A stretch of 64,000 nucleotides of DNA. Source: Takakia lepidozioides (lineage: Eukaryota; Plantae; Bryophyta). Positions 60,211 to 64,000 of the stretch are shown here, piece by piece. Below the pieces are notes generated by a model. The model was not told the DNA's origin. It did no database searches and worked only from the letters and a program-made list of their open reading frames with translations. The stretch spans positions 11,594,001-11,658,000 of the forward strand of contig CM060732.1 in the NCBI GenBank assembly GCA_030704615.1, read 5' to 3'. Made by a program: the position numbers and the translations under genes. Every line of letters starts with the position of its first letter. The first letter of the stretch is position 1.

Positions 60211-63200
60211 TCACTCATTTTCCAGCTTGCGAGTTGAGTGACACCAGAGGTAGTAACAGTTCTGGAGGTTGGGCCAATCTGATTCTGACATAGCATACTC
60301 TTGCAACCAGATTGACAGTATCATCTCCTTGTCCGAGTCTGGGAGACTCAGAACTACGCGTTCCAGTGAACACTCAGCCTCTGATTTCTCAGCACTGTTA
60401 AAGATGGGACCGTCCCCCCCATGAGTTGCAAAGCAGAAAAGAGGCAGCCATAGACGCAACAGCTTGAACTTCACTTCATCCGGAGTCTCTGTGTCGCTCA
60501 CAATCTCCCTGAACAGTAAAGCTGGGGGGCAAGGATAAAATAGATTACAGTCCATTCAAAGCCTGTCATGGACCCCCTTCGTAAAATCATGTAACTTCGA
60601 GCCCTTTTTCCTGCCTTGATCACACATAATGCTCACCTCACTCCCACCCCTCAATGCATTCCAGGGAATGCTGTGGAGGTCGTCAGTCAACAGGCAGGGG
60701 TTGAATCCCCGCAAGTTCAATGGCTTTAAAATTTGCAGCATTCATTTCATGCTTTAAAGCGTTGCAGGCTTTGTGACCATACATCAACCTATAAAGTTCC
60801 ATTCGTTCTTCTTTCTACCTGTGTCAGACAATCATCCAAACGGAAAAGAGCGTGTGATAGCCACACTGAAACTTGAAGACGGCCTTCAGCAAATTCAGAT
60901 CCACATACAGAGGATCGCTCCAACAACAAACAACAAATCCAAGGACAAAGGAAGTGAGGACATGTTGAGAGAAAATCGAAAAAGAGAAAGCAGCTAGGAA
61001 GAGAGGTCACCATACAATTCACATATGTCAAATGAAAATAGCTAGGAGATAATCAGCACAATGAGGGTATTACCACAGAGGCGCACGAGCGATTTTTGAA
61101 CACGAGGGGTGGCATATAGTGACAGCTCTGCTAGCGACGACTCCGAGCTCCATTGCTGGAATGTGAACTCCATTGCCCCACAGTCTGATAGCTTTTCTGC
61201 CATCCAGAGCAGCTCTTGTGCAAGCTTCTCAGCTATCTCAGTGTCTGTCACATTTGTAGTACTCATCACCATGACACCTTTAGGACCCGAGATTTGCGAA
61301 TTGACCATGGGCGACAAGATTTGTCCAACAAGAGATCGTACCCTGGCTAACGGCATGGGGAGGGCCAAATATGGAAGCACTCCCATAAAGGGAATAAGAC
61401 GAAGGAGACGCCTGCAGGAACAGAAGCAGTTTGATTTTATGCAAGCTTTCTCACCTGCAGTGCATCTTATTGAATCCCCTTTGCTGTAAGAGAAAAGATT
61501 GAAATTGGAAGCAGTAGTAGTACAATGAAGCCCAGTTTTTATTTGCTCTAACACTTTATGAGGGGTGGGTGTTGCTTACTTTGAGACTACTGTACACTCC
61601 AGTGGACTTTGGAAGAGCCGCATGCCACTTTCTTGTACAGTACTATGGAGGAGTACTATGGAGGAGACATTGTACACTTCACATCTGACAAGCCAGGCTG
61701 AGTTCAGAGGTCGAAATCCCTTGACTGCTGTTACTGCGGATGAGGTTTAAGTCAGATGCTTGATATCCCAACAAGGATTCTGTTCATGTCACCAACTAGC
61801 AAACATCTCAGCTCTGTACCAGGGGTCCTTCTGGACAAGCTTTGTACTTTTAACACCAATTTGCGCATGGATTTGCGCAAGTAAAATGTCCTGGTCGTTA
61901 ATCCGAGATTTTCAGAATATCGTTGTGCATGTTCAGTGACACTAGGTGAAGTAACAGTCTTTAAAATGCCTCCAATGAGGACCCCCTCGTTAAAAGAATG
62001 CCCATTATAATGGGTCAGCTATCCCCACCATCATGCCCCCCATATTGGGCACGGCACAATTGTTTTCTTTCGCACAGGGAGAGAGGAGGGGAGGGTTCTC
62101 AGGAGAGGTGGATGTCTCCCAAACCTTGCTGCTGAGATATTTCATGCAAAGGTTGTAGAAATTCCATTCCCAAATTGTGGGCTACTAGCATAACCTTAAC
62201 ATCAATCTGCATAGTCTTCATAAAAATCAGACTTGGGGTTTCCTACATGGATTAAAATCGGTTTAGACCTTGCTTTCCAAGAAGCACTCCGCAAAAAACA
62301 TATGGACAGGAGCAAATGGAAGTTACCATATCCAGTTCCCACGGTCCTGCTGCAGCCCCTCCAGCGATCGACTGAGCAGCTTCACAGTCCGTGCAAACCC
62401 CACTCCCAGAGCCGCCCGGTTGACGGATTCATAGGCCAGGCTATGAGCTTTATTTTCTTGGATGATCCTTTCGGCGAGAGAACGTGCAAAAGCATACTTA
62501 TTGGAGGAGGCAGGGATGTCATTCACCAATGCCAACACCTGAGCACAGAAATATGCATCAGCCGAGAGAGGAGAGATCTCAAAGCACATAAATGTGAGTA
62601 AGTCTATGTTACAACTGTTCCAAATTGATAGAAAAAAGGAATGCCTCATTCGATAGTTCCCGCGTCAACAGATCAAAGAATTTTTTAGACAATCTTGAAC
62701 ACATTGTCATTATAGTCAATCTTACCTTGAAACTTAATAGTTAGAGCACTGGTCAAATGACAAACATCTAAAAGCCGATTCCACAGATGCAGTTTTAATG
62801 ACTCTTATTACTTGCGTCAATAACTACTATGAAGTTATGAAGGTATAAGTTCTTTAGAACCTAACCTGAGAAAGGGCCCGGCCAATTCCGCTGCTGTTGA
62901 GCTTCACACTTCGAAAGCTGCCATCACGCTTCTCCACAGCCCTACGTGGGAAACTCTCTCCACCATGATAACTGAGGGTCTCGAGCACGCTCGTCAGACC
63001 ATGCAAAGGGAAAGGCTTGGGTAGAAAGACAAGAACAAGGCGAGCGAAGCAGGCCATCATCCACCGGACTACCATACTCAAGGTTCGAAGCTGGTCGAAT
63101 AGAAGACGGAAGCTCTCCATCTCCGCTCCCCGCGACCGTGCGCCGGAGAACGTGTTTGAAATCCGGGCACTGAGCACTGCGGGGTCGACTACAGCCCCAC

Positions 63201-63231
63201 AAGTACCTGTCATCGTTGCCTCCCGAAGCAT
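60211..63231 (-). CDS. Conserved plant protein, At3g19920/At5g64230-like (related to the C-terminal domain of At3g05675-type BTB proteins), 4 exons
   Basis: Exons at about 63231-62866, 62545-62327, 61412-61075 and 60525-60211; GIGRALSQ, SSNKYAFARSLAE, AEKLAQELLWMAEKL, LWLPLFC, SDWPNLQ. Confidence 0.8.
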
Positions 63232-63850
63232 CTTCCTGTCAACAAAATCGGAGAACCTCAACTTATCCTCAGACTGGCTGATTCTTCCCTTCCTGAATCG
63301 AACTCCTCAACCCATTTCCATGACTTCTCCCAATCTACCAACGACGTCCCACTTTCAAACCAATCTCCTCTATCTCCTTCCCTCCCAAGCCCACCAAAAC
63401 TTAGCGAGACCGCTAGGGCGATACCTTCCAAAGACTGCCATCACACTTGGCGCTCTCTAATGCCAAGTCGTTCCCATAAACAGGGGAACTTAGACCATAC
63501 CTTCCTCAAGAAGAGGGCAACTGCTATGACAACTCTCAGTCCCCACCACAAGACACTTGCATGCGAACTGTTCTGACCTTCCCCCAAGGAGATGCAGACA
63601 AGATTTCCTGGGTTTCCAGACACATGGCCGAAAAATCTTCAACGCCCAGAAAAGAAATGTGCCGATGAGGCAGTCTTCCACCATCGCTTCCTCGTCGACC
63701 GACTCCAGTCCGACCTCCATGGGATCTTCGTTCGTTTGCTGGCGCTACAGTGATATCAGGACTGTATGATGCAATTTTCACTCATCAACATGTACCTATG
63801 ATTATGCAATGAGAAACAATCCATACAAAATGTTGCCCCTCCTTATGGAA

Positions 63851-63921
63851 CCAAGAGATGATGACGGTCTTCCTAAAGGCATGCATTCACTACGGTTAGG
63901 AAGACCGTCATCATCTCTTGG
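63851..63921. repeat. Perfect 26-bp inverted repeat with 19-nt loop
   Basis: CCAAGAGATGATGACGGTCTTCCTAA / TTAGGAAGACCGTCATCATCTCTTGG. Confidence 0.9.
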
Positions 63922-64000
63922 CTGCATTACATGTTTTCTTACAAGGCTTGGTTGTCCAAGTTTAGTATGTTTATTGGCTCCTCTTTATTCTAAAAGGGAG

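Overview
Nuclear DNA of a plant, probably a non-seed land plant (inferred from PLS-class PPR relics, a squalene-hopene cyclase fragment and intron-rich genes). Apparently intact host genes: sterol delta-7 reductase (DWF5, 13 exons), a gamma-glutamyl transpeptidase and an At3g19920/At5g64230-like protein. There is also an S-protein-homolog exon, a frameshifted GnT-II (MGAT2) gene, MITEs, a hAT relic and satellite-like repeats. The main signal is two related copies (1-6169, cut by the window edge; 31048-42985, complete, AACA target-site duplication) of an unusual Ty3/Gypsy-type retrotransposon. (i) It encodes a DNMT3-like C5-cytosine methyltransferase between protease and RT. (ii) A conserved in-frame TAG in the readthrough context TAG-CAA-CCA separates that enzyme from RT-RNaseH-integrase. 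(iii) The integrase ends in a PHD finger. (iv) It has split direct repeats (B-internal-A-gc-B-t-A) rather than ordinary LTRs despite a DDE integrase, which fits integration of a 2-LTR circle opened at an internal GACA-GC-TGTC palindrome. (v) Its primer-binding-site position is complementary to its own repeat rather than to a tRNA. (vi) Copy 2 carries captured host gene pieces. Everything was read by eye: many boundaries are approximate and family calls rest on recalled motifs, not database searches.
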